Positions 1 through 12,836 of a stretch of 64,000 nt of DNA are shown here, piece by piece; the stretch's first letter is position 1, and each line of letters begins with the position of its first letter. The notes beneath the pieces were generated by a model. The model was not told the DNA's origin and did not search any database. It was given only the letters and a program-made list of their open reading frames with translations. Source of the DNA: Octopus vulgaris (lineage: Eukaryota); contig OX597820.1 of assembly GCA_951406725.2 (NCBI GenBank), forward strand, positions 110,360,001 through 110,424,000. The letters run 5' to 3'. The position numbers were made by a program, and so were the translations under genes.

Positions 1-2020
1 TGTCACAGAACATTGGCAAACTTCGTTTCTAATTCTTCCCTGACAGAATAAACCTGTCTTCTAGCTTCCCTTCTGATACAGTTCCCTGCTATCTCCATAC
101 GTCCAGTCCTTGTAGGCCCATTTCTTTTCTCTAGCAGCCATATCAACTACTCTGTTCCACCACTACGTCATCTTAGGTCAAGGAGGACTTTGCACCAGCC
201 ACAGATTTGGTCAGTAGCCTTCAGTAGGTTGTCCTGTAGGAGCCCCTAGTTGTCCTCCACATTATATATCACTATATCCTCTTCTTTTTCATCAACTGCT
301 TCGAGTAACTTGTCTCTAAATCTCTGTCCTTTCAGATGATTCTTAAGCTTCCAGACCTTCTTTTCCACACTGGTTGTTTTCTAGGCAGCCATTTAGCCCT
401 GATCCTGAAGTTGCTAACAACTAACTGATGTTGTGAGGTGCATTCTTCAGCTGGAAAAGTTTTGGCATTTATAAGCATCCATCTTTCCCATTTTCTGGCA
501 AGAGTGTAGTCAATCTGACTAGTGTGCCTACTAGATTGATAGGTGAACAGGTGACCACCAAATTTTCTGAAGTTAGTATTACAAACCATAAGATCATTTG
601 CATCACAAAACTCCAGCAGCCTGGTTTCCTCCTCATTACGAGTACCAAATCTTTAGCCACCTAGATGTTGTCCAACATACCCATTGAAGTTCCCAGCCAC
701 AAAGAGAAGGTCCTAGACATTTGTTGACAAGGCAGTAGGCAAAAGGGTGTCATAAAATTGGTCTTTCTCTGATCATCAGGTAGAACTGGCTGAGGGGCAT
801 AAGCCAAGATAATGGTTGCTGTTCCATGTTGCAACACTAGTCTAAGCTTAAGTATTCTGTTGCTCACTCTGACTACTCTGATTACTTTATCAACCCATTT
901 TTCAACAAGAAGTATGCCCATGCCCCCAACCCCATCACTCTTCCTATCCAGAAATTCTTATACCTATGCTCTTTACCTGTGAAGAACCTAGCAGCAAATT
1001 GTTGGAGACAAAGTGATGCCATCGGACACGAAGGATGCAGCATAGACAGAGGTGATCGAAGGATTCTAGTCGCTTAATATCTTTCACCTTCATTGGCCAT
1101 AACTCGCTGCCGTAAAGGAGAATCGTTCGCACTAGTGCTTGGTAGATCCATACTTTGGTGGTGCGTCGGATCTCAGATCTTGACCAGAGTCGTGCACTGA
1201 GTCTGTTGAAGGCTTGGCGAGTGAGGTCAATTCTTGTTTTAATGTCAGCTTCACCTTGATCTGTAGCTGTAATAATGGCACCAAGGTATTTGAAATTCTC
1301 AACCTCTTCAAGAATATCACCATTGAGGACAGTGGGTGTTTTGTCTGATGGTGCAAAGCTCGCTGTGAGGATTTTGGTCTTCGAGGCATTGACTTTCATA
1401 CCAATCTGCGATGCAACACGCTGGAGCTCATTGATAGCAAACTGGACGTCAGCAAATGTACAATTCAGTGTGACACCAGTGCAGAATCACCTCCCTCCGA
1501 CAAGTCATCCTAACGAGACGTCTACGTTGGCTGGGTCATGCCCTCCGGCGTCAACCAGGAGAATTCATCTACGAAGCAATTGCCCCAGCTCCCCTACAGG
1601 GCTGGCGAAAGCGATGTGGTGGACAATGAAAAACCTGGCTGATGACAGTCAAGGCTGATCTGGAACCCAATCTAGGCCCCCATATCTACGGCATTTGCCA
1701 CTGGAATAAGGAGTGGTTGGAGATCACGCAGTTGTTAGCCTCAAATCGCCAGGCCTGGTCGGCGTTTGTGAGAGATGCAGCATTGAGAATGAATGAAGCC
1801 AGTTCAACCCACCCCGGGTGAATGCTGTAAGAAGAAGAAGAAGAAGAAGAAGAACCTAGCAGAACTTCTTCTCCACCTTACTTCTTGGATGCAAGACACA
1901 TCTACACTCCTCCATTCAAGCATCTCAACAATCTCATTAAGTGTGCCAACTCTGAGGATGTAGAAGGTGTGGGATGGGGAATAGTATTTTGCATCTGAAA
2001 AGAAAGCTCGCATGTACATT
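1..2020 (-). mobile_element. Decayed RTE-clade LINE (APE endonuclease region and downstream), split by a nested RTE insertion at 995-1848
   Basis: Minus-strand fragments CIQEVRW, GILLVEKWVDKVIRVVRVSNRILKLRL, AYAPQ, QIDY and SQHQLVV are APE motifs. The reading SARF|FTGKEHRYK resumes across the insertion. Confidence 0.85.
995..1848. mobile_element. 5'-truncated RTE LINE with 5' inversion (minus segment ~998-1450, plus segment ~1451-1830, (GAA)n tail)
   Basis: Minus strand: FKYLGAII...ILLYGSELW...WHHFVSN. Plus strand continues ILTRRLRWLGHALRR...W...NRQAWSAFV to TGA at ~1821, then (GAA)n. Exact 14-bp TSD GAAGAACCTAGCAG at 981-994 and 1849-1862. Confidence 0.9.
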
Positions 2021-2255
2021 TAGCAGACATATATAGGTACAAATAGGTTTCAGCCTTCATTTAATTCACCATTATTGTATTTGCCATGTTTACCAGGGGA
2101 AGTAGGGGAGAGAGCATTCTGTATAGGTATCTAATAGAATTATTAAGAGATATATATATGTCTATATTTTAGCAAATGAAAGATGTGTAGTGGTGAATAA
2201 ATAATAACAAAAATTTTTTCCCATCTCCTGTTTTGATGTATGTGTGTGTGTGCAG

Positions 2256-2388
2256 GCATGTGACAGCTTCTTCGTCTTGACATTGCATGATACTTGGAAA
2301 TCAGTGAGAGATGGCAACAGGAAGGGCATTTAGTCATACAAAATCTGTCCAGCCTAGAAAGGTGGACATTAAGCAATGATGATGATGG
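2256..2388 (+). mobile_element. Decayed SINE 3' fragment with (GAT)n tail
   Basis: aggaagggcatt...gtggacattaagcaatgatgatgat resembles the copies at 14417-14605 and 14853-15078. Confidence 0.55.
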
Positions 2389-2775
2389 TAGATGGATAGT
2401 TTGCTAATTATTCAGATTTAGTAAGCATTCTTACATATGCATGTATATGTGTACACATACACACACACACACACATCTGTATATGTATGTATACATAATG
2501 TTTTACTTTTAATAATGAAGTCATTCTTCAACATCCTGTAGTTTAATTTCTGAATCTTGTAATGGTAATTAATGAACTGAATTCTTTCAAAGTGAAATAT
2601 TTCTTTACAAAAGAAAAAAAAAAACTGCAAAGTAATATACCTTCTTGTTGTGAAATCTATCTTTATTAATTACATCAAACTTTTGTAGATACCATTATAA
2701 ATTTTCTTTGCTTTTGGTTATCTAATTAAGATCTGTGATGGCAGTGAAGTCTTTTAATGTCTTGCCCATTTTTAG

Positions 2776-3172
2776 GCATTACTGGGAACATCTGATGTCT
2801 CAGAAGAAATTTAGCAAGCAGCTACAACGTTTGGAAGATGACGCAGAATGCATTCGCCAGACTTTAATCTTGCTAGAATCTAAACTAGATCCTATTAACT
2901 TTCATCTCGAGGAAAATTCCACACCAGACTCTCTGGAATCTGCCAAGCAAAGTTATTCAAAAGACAATCAAATTAACTTGATCAATACTACCAGTGATAC
3001 CTTGAACTTATACCCACAAATTACAGTCTCATGTAGTCACTCTGCTAGTTTGCCAAAAGCAACTAGGAGTCATCCATATCAGTTTATACCAACACGTCGT
3101 AGACCACTTAGAGACTCATCAAAGGCTTCTATCAATAAGGAATGGCAAGTAGTTTGTACTTCCACAACTTAA
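2776..3172 (+). CDS. Candidate host-gene coding exon (coiled-coil-like start, S/T-rich tail); protein not identified
   Basis: Acceptor ttgcccatttttag|G at 2775/2776. Non-repetitive 131-codon frame HYWEHLMSQKKFSKQLQRLEDDAECIRQTLILLESKLDP... ends at stop 3170-3172 or at a possible GC donor TG|GCAAGT after 3144. Confidence 0.6.
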
Positions 3173-3494
3173 TACTGGAATAGATGTTATTTCCAGTATT
3201 ACTATGGACCCTTGAATATTTTTATAGAAAGAAAAAAGAAACAAGTCAGAAGAAGTTAAAAAAAGAAAGACAACAATGTAAATGTAACTCGTTTTTTTCT
3301 CCCTTCCAGTCTTCTTTGCCAGATTATCATCATTTAAGGTACAGATATACTTTTGATTCTTTTACAGCTCAGATTATTTTCTTTTTACAATCAAAGATAT
3401 TTTGAGTTCTTATTACTATATTCATTAGACTTATTTTCATTGTTGAATGAATGATTAATAATAATAATGTTAATAATAACAATAATAATAATAA

Positions 3495-4552
3495 CTAAAT
3501 GAACTAACCAAACAAGAAAAATATGATGGCATTTAGAATACACCACCCATAAAAAGGTTATATATACAGTGAATTGAATGCAGTAGAGGCCTTATACAAA
3601 TAGGATACTATAAAATACCCACCATAGAATTACAGAAATATCTAACTCAGAGCTAGAGAAAACTGATACAAATAGTCACAAAGCATGAGCAAAGCAAAAG
3701 ACTGTTTTCTTCAAGGAAGCCAAAAAATACAAGAAGCTACAAAATACCATGATAAAATGATGGTAAGAGAAGTCATTCCATGGCAAATACCAGGATAAGC
3801 TAAACAGAAAAGAAATAGACAAAGTATAATCCCAACAATGGTTAAGAAGTTCATGACTCAAAGCAGAGACTGGAGGGTTTTTAATTGTGGCACAAGATCA
3901 ACACCTCCTCACCAGAAACCATAAAAAACACATACTGAAGAAAAATACAATAAGTAACTGCAGAATATGTAATGATGGGAAAGAAACAAGTCACATTATC
4001 TCTGGCTGCCCAGTCTTGGCTAAAAAGGAATATATCCACAGACATGAGTGAGGTGAGACTTATATACACTTGGAGAAGTTATGCTAGAACTATGGAATGA
4101 CAGTAAAAACAAAAAAAAAAATGGTATAGGCATATCTCAGAAAAAGGTTTCAGAAAATGACAAAGCAAGAGATCAAGGCTAATTGACTGGTTAAAGTTAT
4201 CAGAAACCACCAAGAAAATAAATTGCCTTCTAATCCCAACAAATGACAATGTATCTCTAAGAGAAATGAAGAAACTCTCGAAATGCAAAGAGAACCTGTG
4301 TGTGGAGCCTAAAAACAGAAATAATCCCTATAATGATAGGTGCATTAGGTATGGTTAAAAAACATACATATAACCAAAACACCTAGGCTTATGAATATAT
4401 ACAGCAAATAACACTGCAAGGTACTGTACACATCAAACACTTTCAATACAGTTAAAATAACAACACCAAAACAAATTACAGTACATACTCAAGGCACACA
4501 GAGCTGTGCTCGGTAGTACACTGAAAGCATGTAATAAAAATAAGACTATTCA
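3495..4552 (+). mobile_element. R4/Dong-like RLE LINE 3' fragment in a (TAA)n tract
   Basis: Decayed HGKY...WL..S.LKAET.GFLIVAQDQ and IGALG motifs; (AAT)n on both sides. Confidence 0.7.
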
Positions 4553-4568
4553 ATAATAATTATAATAA

Positions 4569-4763
4569 TCCTTTCTACTATAGGCACAAGGCCTGAAATT
4601 TTGGGGGAGGGGGCAAGTTGGTTACATAGACTCCAGTGCATAACTGGTACTTATTTCATCAGCCTCAAAAGGATGAAAGGCAAAGTCAACCTTGGTGGAA
4701 TGTAGCAGCAGATGAAATACCATTTCACCCAGGATGCTAGCAATTCTGCCAGTTTGCCATCTT
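4569..4763 (-). mobile_element. tRNA-derived SINE (family with central gcctttcatcctttcggggtcgat domain and (ATT)n tail)
   Basis: Reverse complement of the copies at 9014-9230. Confidence 0.8.
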
Positions 4764-4992
4764 AATAATAATAATAATAAGAAGAAGAAGAAATTGTACA
4801 ATATCTTTGAATTATTATTATTATTATTATTATTATCATGTTTTCTTTATAACTGTACTCATTTCAATAACCCATATATAAACATGTTCATAAGAAGCCA
4901 GTTTAATTGATTCGCTCCTTCCCCAAACTGCAGGCCTCCTGATTCAATTATTATCACTATTTATTATTTTTATTATTATTATTATTATTATT

Positions 4993-5942
4993 CTATGTTT
5001 GACTTTTGCTTTATGTCTGTACAAGTTGGCTCCAAGTCTCACCCAGAGACCTCAAGAGACAACAGGTTGGAAGTTCTGTGCCATATATTGGGGGGGGGGT
5101 GTTGTACTAGTGAATGTCTAAAACATAGAAAAAAATAAATAAATAAATAAAATAAAAGAAAAGAAAAAAAATTAAAAGAAAAAAAAAAGTTTGTTTTAAA
5201 CCTTGGGATTACATAGAGAGTATTTTGCGTAGGATATGAGCAGTTCCCATGAGCACTATCTTTTGAATTTCTGCCATTTTGTGGTTTCCTGGTATCTGAG
5301 TTAGGTAGCAATCAGTCCCTTTCGCTATCATTCCCAGGGCACCTATGACAACAGGTATTGTTTTAGTCTTCAGCTTCCACATTTTGCTGATTTCTATTTC
5401 AAGATCTTTATATTTGCTCAGTTTTTGGTAGGTCTTGACAGATACGTTTATATCGATTGGGACAGTCATATCAATGATGAGGCATGTTCTTTGTCTGAAG
5501 TCTTTCAATATGATGTCTGGCATATTTGCATCTATCTTCCTGTCAGTTTGAATGGTGAAGTTCCAGAGGAGTGAGATGTGGTCATTTTTAAGCACTGGAG
5601 GTGGATTGTGTTCCCACCAGTTTTTTTTCATGGGGCAAATCCAGGTTTTTGCAAATTACCCAGTGAATATATTGTGCAGCTCTATCATGCCTATTGAGGT
5701 ACTCTGTAGGCGCTAGAAGACTGCATTTGGAGACAACATGATCAATGGTTTCATTTTGTTGTCGGCATACACGACATGTTGGGCTACTGCCATTCTTTAA
5801 TATGTTGGCCTGGTAGTTTCTTGTTGGTAGGCATTGATCTTGAGCTGCTATGATAAACCCCTCTGAAACATCAGATTTTAAGCCAGAGGCCATTAGCCAT
5901 TGATGGGTCAGGGCTTTGTCGATATCTGCATTATTCGCTCTC
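4993..5942 (-). mobile_element. R4/Dong-like RLE LINE 3' fragment
   Basis: CCHC-type CRVC..ETIDHVVSKC, RHD, PDII..IDMTVP..KLSKYKDL and PVVIGALG (PD-D/ExK endonuclease); (TTA)n on both sides. Confidence 0.9.
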
Positions 5943-5951
5943 TTATTATTA

Positions 5952-5992
<41 letters not shown>

Positions 5993-5994
5993 TA

Positions 5995-7420
5995 ATGAAA
6001 ACTCACTGCTTATTTTGCTGGATATGATGGAAAGTGTCAACTGTCCACAGCCAGCAGACTAAGGTGACATTTGTTAACTGGTCATACTTTAAGTACCCTG
6101 CAAAGAATTCTTGCAGTTCCAGACAGTACTGCTTTTTGTAGGTGTTCTACTTTTACATTTGTACCAATCTTTTTCAGCCATGTTAGTAGTTGAGTGCTGA
6201 TTCTTCCAAGTGTGCCAGTTACTATTGGTACCACATCTACACTCTTCATTGACCCCGCTAACCTTTGTATTTCCCACTTCAAATCATCATCATTGTTCAG
6301 TTTTTCTTCTTTCTCTTTGATCCTGTTGTTACTGGGACATGCTATATCGAATATCATGCATGTTTTTTTTTTTGTTTTTTTTCACCACAACAATATCTAG
6401 TTTCCGATGTCTGATCAGATGATTGCACTAAATCATTGCATCCCACAGGATTTTGCAGTTTTCATTCTCGGTGACTCCTTCTGGAGTTTTCTCATACCAT
6501 GTCATTGCTCTTTATAGGCCATGATTTCATCAGAGCTCCCAATGGATATTCTTGCCATATTGTCATGTCTTTTGTAGTCACGTTGTGCCAATTTTGGGCA
6601 TTCGCTCATGATGTGCCATACCATTTCACCCCTCTCACCACATATTCTGTATTTGTCACTGTTGATAGTGTTGTCAATTCTGCATTTCACATAGTTAGCC
6701 CTTAACACTTGTTCTTGAGCTCTGCACATCAGTGCTTCTGTCTTTATCTTCAGGTCACTCCTCCTCATCCATAGCCATCAGTCTTCTGTATCTGTCTTGG
6801 CATTCATATCTCTTGCAAACTGACAATGCATTTTTTTCCTTTTATGCTGTTTCTTTTTTTGTGTTCTTTTCCTCTTTAAGATTTTCTTTGTTTACACAAT
6901 TCTCAGTTTTAATGACACCAGCCTTCTTCGCATGTTTCAACAATGGCTCCACAGCATTCTTTGCATGCCACCCTAAGTTGTTTTCCTCTGCTTTGCTACA
7001 ATCCTGGCAACTGATCAAACTTCTCCCATCCTTTCTTCTGGACAAGTACAGACTATCGGTATCACTCTTAGGGTGGAAGGCTCCATGCACTGTCAATGTT
7101 TTTCTCATCTTTGTATCCATGTTCATCACTTCTTTCTTTTGCCATTTTATGATTCTAGCTCCATACTGAAGCGATGCTATCGCCTATGTATTAACTACTT
7201 AGATTTTATTCCATCTGGTCAATTTAGTCTTCAGAAATATTCCATCCTCAGTTGCTCTTTCATTTCCTTCTCCATTATCTCATTGAACTCAAGTATGCCA
7301 AGGTTTTTGTAGTCTTCCATTTCAATTTGTTTAATCAGTTCTCTATTGAGTGATTCTATCCCTGCTAGGGACTGTACCTTGCCTCTTTTTAGGTACATTA
7401 TTCCACACTTCTTGAGTCCT
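5995..7420 (-). mobile_element. Second R4/Dong-like RLE LINE family, 3' half
   Basis: YKNLGILE, HGAFHPKSDTDSLYLSRRKDGRSL, RICGERGEMVWHIMSECPKLAQRDYKRHD, DIACP, VPIVTGTLG. Confidence 0.85.
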
Positions 7421-7559
7421 GTTGTTGTTATTATTATTATTATTATTATTATTTGTGTTTGGAAGGAGTGGATACTTGTTTGTGGCTTGTAAGTTTCCTT
7501 TAAAATTTGTTGTTTTATTAGTTGGTATTGCAAATATTTTTTTTTAACTGTTTCCTAAA

Positions 7560-8745
7560 TAAGCCAGCTCACAGCAAGTGAAGCAAGCTGGTTTAGCCAG
7601 AATTCACCCTTTACAAGTGAATTTTAAGATTTAGAATTGAAAATTTAGTATTACAAAACAATAGCATATGGTTTCCCAAATCAAGGGAAGTAATGGTTGT
7701 TGGAACAGTTTTCCCACCACTAGTTGATGTGGTCAAGAGACAACGCACAGAAAGTTGCAGCAGCAGTGATGAGTAGGCTAAAATAAAAAATGACAAAAAC
7801 AAGGACACCACAACACCAACAACGACAAAAACAATACCACTAAAAGAGTTGCCATTCTTATTTCTCAGCAAAATGCAAAAGGCTTCATATAAGCTTGTCA
7901 TAAAATGGAAAATGTTGAGTTGGTAGAAAAAACATTAAGTGAAAGTAAAGTGTACTTAACAAATGACAGAACAGTCTTCCTGAACATGCCAGATGAAACA
8001 CAGGAAAACTCTAAGAAAAAAACATTATATACAGATGTATCTCAATAAAGACTTGGAGACTGGAACAAGTAACACAGGCCCAGGCTGAAAAATGCCGAAG
8101 ACCAGTCTGAGGGTTAAAAAATTAAGTTGTCCATGAGAGATGTTTTGGTACAGTTGAGGCAAGATTCCCAACTGAAGAATTAGCCAAAGAAAGTGTGACA
8201 ATAACCCTTAAAAGTGAGGAATTATGGTTAATTCTAGCATAACTCAGCTGGAGGGTGGTCAAAATAGAGGTAGCCAAAGCACCACTAGAAGTGGACATCT
8301 GTTTGCTGTTGGCAGCCATATTATACAGCATAAAAAAAAGAACAAGAATTCTCTAAGTTCCTAAAACGGCAAAGGAGAATTGGTCAGGCGTGGGCATTGA
8401 ATTATGAATACACACTGATCAAAGCAGTATCAGAGCCATTCCTGACCTGATCAGCCTCCCTAATGGCACATTTTTAGCAGTAAGAGCAGAAAACCGAGAT
8501 GTTACATTGGGGACTAGACAAACCATTTGAAGGCTTTCTGCTCCATGCAAAGAAAAGGAAAACTCCTCTGCTGCAGACACCTCTAACACAGCAACAACAA
8601 CAGCACCAACAGCATGAGTACTAAGAGTAGCAGCAACCAGAACAACAATTGCATCAACAGATCCATTCAACAACATCAGCAGCAAGCACTGGTACCACAT
8701 CTGAGAAAAACAATAACATCATCTACACCATTGCAACTAAAAGAA
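7560..8745 (+). pseudogene. Decayed Tx1-type ORF1 (gag-like) relic with no ORF2 following
   Basis: Manual translation gives EELAKE..TLKSEELWLILA.LSWRVVKIEVAKAPLEVDICLLLAAIL...LAVRAEN..CYI....HLKAFC, collinear with the ORF1 at 35560-36051. Confidence 0.6.
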
Positions 8746-8749
8746 ACCT

Positions 8750-9005
8750 CATCCCTCTCAACACATGGCTATGATGCTCCTCCTCTACTCCTACTCTTGA
8801 TCAGAGAAGCACATACCATCAGCCATCAAGAGACATGCTCAACTGGTTAAGGTCAAACAACTGACAAATAAATCTGTGGTATTGAGCAGAATATTTGCTG
8901 TAACCCATCTTTTATACCAAGACAAAACAATGTATGTGATAACACTTCCAATCAGTTAAGATCAGAAGCTATGAGAGCCACTGCCTGATACTGCATCAGA
9001 GCATT
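8750..9005 (+). repeat. Partial copy of the ~560-bp interspersed repeat at 41035-41592
   Basis: Near-identical ccctctcaacacatggctatgatgctcc...gtactgcatcag(a/g)gcatt sequence; orientation of the family is not established. Confidence 0.9.
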
Positions 9006-9013
9006 ATTATCAT

Positions 9014-9228
9014 TAAGGTGGAAAGCTGGTAGAATTGTTAGCATGCCAGGCAAAATGCTTAACAGCATTTCATATGTCTCTACATTCTGAGTTCAAATTC
9101 CGCCAAGGTCAACTTTGCCTTTCAGCCTTTTGGGGTTGATAAATTAAATACCAGTGAAACACTGGGGTTGATGTAATCAACTAGTCCCCTCCCCCAAAAT
9201 TTCAGGCCTTGTGCCTATTGTAGAAAGG

Positions 9229-9284
<56 letters not shown>

Positions 9285-9740
9285 GGAAGCGAGCTGGCAG
9301 AACCATTAGCACGGTGGGTGAAATACTTAGTGGTATTTCATCTGCCACTACGTTCTGAGTTCAACTTTGTCTTTTATCCTTTCAGGGGTCGATAAATTAA
9401 GTACCAGTGAAAAACTGGGGTTGGTGTAATCGACTATTCCCCTCCCACCGATTTCAGGCCTTGTGCCTGCAGTATTTCTGCCGAGGTCAATTTTGCCTTT
9501 CATCCTTTCAGGACCAATGAAATAAGTACCAGTTGCATACTGGGGTTGATATAATCAACTAGACCCTCTCCTAAAATTATAGGCCATGTGTGTATAGTAG
9601 AAAGGATTATTATTATTAAGAGGGTGATGGCTTGACAGAATCCTTAGAGTAATATTAGTTTCATCTCTGGTATCAAATCATAGTAAGGTTAACTTTGCCA
9701 TTCGTCTTTCCAGCCCCAGTAAGGTAAAGTACTAGGGTTG
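9014..9740 (+). mobile_element. Cluster of 3-4 tandem tRNA-derived SINE copies separated by (ATT)n
   Basis: A-box-like gctggcagaa..ttag, B-box gagttcaaattcc, central gcctttcatcctttcggggtcgataaattaagtaccag, tail gaaaggattattatt. Copies at ~9014-9230, 9283-9472, 9475-9610, 9620-9740. Confidence 0.85.
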
Positions 9741-10055
9741 CAATTAAATATCACTTTTGGTTAGCATTTTAATTTGCTACCTAAACAGATTTAAAGATCT
9801 AAACAACAACAATATCTCTCTCACAGAGTAATTTGATGGCATTTTACCAATCTGAAAATGTTGTTGCAATTAGTAATATTGTTATCTTTATAGCTTTTTG
9901 TGGTGTTTGGCATGTGTCTTCATTACAAGTATTATTTTCATATTTAGATTCACCAAATCAAAATTTTTCTGAAAATCAATAGTCTTTGCATTTGTCATTC
10001 TAAGAGTTTCATTAGACATAATTATGAATCTATTTGTGTGAGAAACAATGAGAGC

Positions 10056-10094
<39 letters not shown>

Positions 10095-10284
10095 ATGTCT
10101 GAATTGTTGGAGTTGGTTTTCAAAGAGAAACAAGACACTGACATATAACAATGGTTTGATCTTAACTTAGACTGTACATTTTCTGTAAACTCACTATTTG
10201 TCATTGAGATTTCTCCTTCCCTTTTATTTTATATATTATATGCATAGATTATATATTACAACTCTCTGTTGTAAGGTTGGTTCA

Positions 10285-11180
10285 TGCTAAAGTGTAACCG
10301 TGTGTACCTCATCAGCTACTTCAAAGTACATTTGAGTACCAACAGAAGTAGTCAGGCTCATAGTGTCCCACATGGGTTTGTTGAAGATGAAGTTCACTGT
10401 GGGTAATTTCACCACTAAACAGCAGGGGTTGGAAAAAGGCATTATGGTAGGGTGCAAAATTTCTGTGGTGCTGTTTGTGACAACCATAAACCTACTGCTA
10501 GAGGTAGCAGGGAAGATCTCAAAACTGATGAAAACAGGAAATTTAGTTTGCCGGCCATTCATGGGTGACATGATCAATCAGAGGGGCAATTGCCACATAG
10601 TCACTCTTGAAGTTCAACCCGGCAAAATTTCAGAGCCTTAATATCATCTCAGCTCCAGCTACCAATTTCAGTAGTGGAGGCAGAATTTAAAGCCACAAAG
10701 GTAAGAGCAGACACTGCATTGCTTCTGTTTGATGATGAGAAAGTCAGACACACCAATAAGCCCATAAAACGTAGCAGAAAATGGTAACCCCAGGAAGCTG
10801 TGAAAGAAGCAGAGACATACTGGAAGCACCAGGTGATTGTTGGGGTAGTCTGTCAAGGACAGCTGAGGTTTGGCAACTACCACATCAAGAGGTGGGAAAA
10901 CACCAATACCAGGAACAAGAGAGAGTTCATAGTGCATAAGATCCATGATTCAACAGCAGTGGATCATGGGGTGAATGCAGGACATATTTCTTCAACTGGA
11001 CATGTTTCTACTCTCCAAGAATGCAAAAGCAATCATCATGGGTGAACTCACAGTACTCTGGGGGGACAGACTCAAAATTCCTGCAGGGTAAAGAAATCGA
11101 AATACTAACACTTAATCAATGAGGATCTTATCAAGGGATAGTCAGTGGCCTCATTCCCCATTGAAGTCAGTTGTAATTAA
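10285..11180 (+). mobile_element. HERO-like (R2 superfamily) LINE RT fragment, decayed
   Basis: EKGIMVGCKISVVLFVTTIN, RPFMGDM (FMDD-like), AVKEAETYWKHQVIVGVVCQGQLRFG. Confidence 0.6.
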
Positions 11181-11184
11181 GTAG

Positions 11185-11760
11185 CTACATATTAAGCATC
11201 AGACTTGGCAACGACACCCTGGTCTTGCACCATTTCCACTCTACTGGTCACTCTTTACAAACTTGTCTGTGTTGAAATTGTCCTTACACAAGGGCCATCC
11301 GGACTCCCGTCTTCGCCGTGAGCAGGGATTAATCTTCTCTCTTCGCTCTTTTGCACCACATGGGCTCAACTCTCCTCCCTTCTTCATCTAACCCTCCTCC
11401 TCTCTCCCCTCTTCCTCTCACACCTACTTCCTCTCACCCACCTCTCCACTCTTACTTTGGCACCTACTTCCTCTCTTCACTCCTACTCACCTTCTCCCTT
11501 CTACCCTCTCCCTTCATCATCACTCCCTCCCTCGTTACCCTACCCTTACACATTCCAACCCCACCATGCCTATACATCCAATCCCACACCCACCCCACCC
11601 TTGTTTCCCCACACCCCAACACCACACCACGTCACCATACCACCCCACATCACACCACCCCGTAACACACTAGGACTGACCACTTCCCAGCACCTACACC
11701 ATCATCCACACACCTATACATACACACACATCAAGGTCACCAGCCCCCTTCTACACACAC
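11185..11760 (+). mobile_element. Penelope-like (Neptune-type) GIY-YIG C-terminus plus pyrimidine/C-rich pLTR
   Basis: HHFHSTGHS and SRLRREQGLIFSLRSFAPHGLNS (R..RE..LIF.L....P.GLN) ending TAA at ~11391. Confidence 0.75.
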
Positions 11761-11785
11761 ACACATATATATATATATAAACCTA

Positions 11786-11840
<55 letters not shown>

Positions 11841-12347
11841 CAAAACAAAAAATGGAACAAGAACGTAACAGGCAACAACAAAACATTGAGGCAGTTAGAC
11901 AATACAAAAAAAGGACAGGAAAAAACAAGGATGGGCCATTCAGTCAAGTACCAGATCATTTTTGCAGTTTTGGCCGGTTACTCTCAAGACTGCTCTAATC
12001 TAGCCAGCCTCAAGAAAATCTAAGCTAAGAGCACTAGATTCTTTGGAAGAAAGCAAACAAATGTATATGAAAACAAGGATGAAAAAAATGGAGAAATGGT
12101 ACACAATTACAAATAGAAGCAAAAGGACATTAACAACAGGTGTCTTTCGATTAAGGACGAAATACATTAAGTTGGCATGTGTGGAAGTGAAGCCTTACGG
12201 CAGGAATTTAGAAGATGAAAGTCATGGGAAGGAATATAAGAGATGTTACACAGATTGCAGTTGAACCAAGAAAGAAAGGTCAGGCTTGGCCAAACACCAG
12301 TCACATGGAAAGAGAGGAGAGAGGTATATATATATATATATATATAT

Positions 12348-12777
12348 ATGGTGGCTGCCCCCTTGTTATCGAGTATGGCCATTGCACGAAGCTTAATCAA
12401 TGTTGTTATCGTGCAATGCCTGTGCAAGAAGATTTTTTTTTAAAGTGAGGAAAGGCTATGCACTGAGTCAATCTCACTCACTAAGCAACAGCAGCCATAA
12501 TCCCAAAAAAGGAACAAGTCAACATCATCGGTAACCACTGAGCCGCAGGTTTTATATCAGAGTTATCCCAGTTACCTGAGTTACCTTCTCCTAGAAGGAT
12601 GCCCTAACAAAAGCTAGGAGTCCTTCACTCCCAATGGTTTAACTGCGTGCAGGGTGTCCAATAAACACCCTCCTCACCAAGCAAGCTTGGTGGGGTTGCC
12701 AGTGTAGTCGCCGACGACCTGACCATGCAACAGGTTGTACTGGGTTACATGTTACCAGTAGCACTTGAAAGTGACCT

Positions 12778-12780
<3 letters not shown>
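12348..12780 (-). mobile_element. Non-coding RTE-related interspersed element between (TA)n tracts
   Basis: Its 12650-12778 part is the reverse complement of 19560-19690 (ctactggtaacatgtaacccag.acaacctgttgcatgg...ctggcaacccca...ggtgaggagggt). Confidence 0.6.

Positions 12781-12836
<56 letters not shown>

Noticed and set aside
332-921. Craniofacial development protein 2-like host gene
   Set aside because: This is a frameshifted RTE APE endonuclease.
9014-9110. tRNA gene
   Set aside because: A/B boxes belong to a multi-copy SINE head; no complete cloverleaf.
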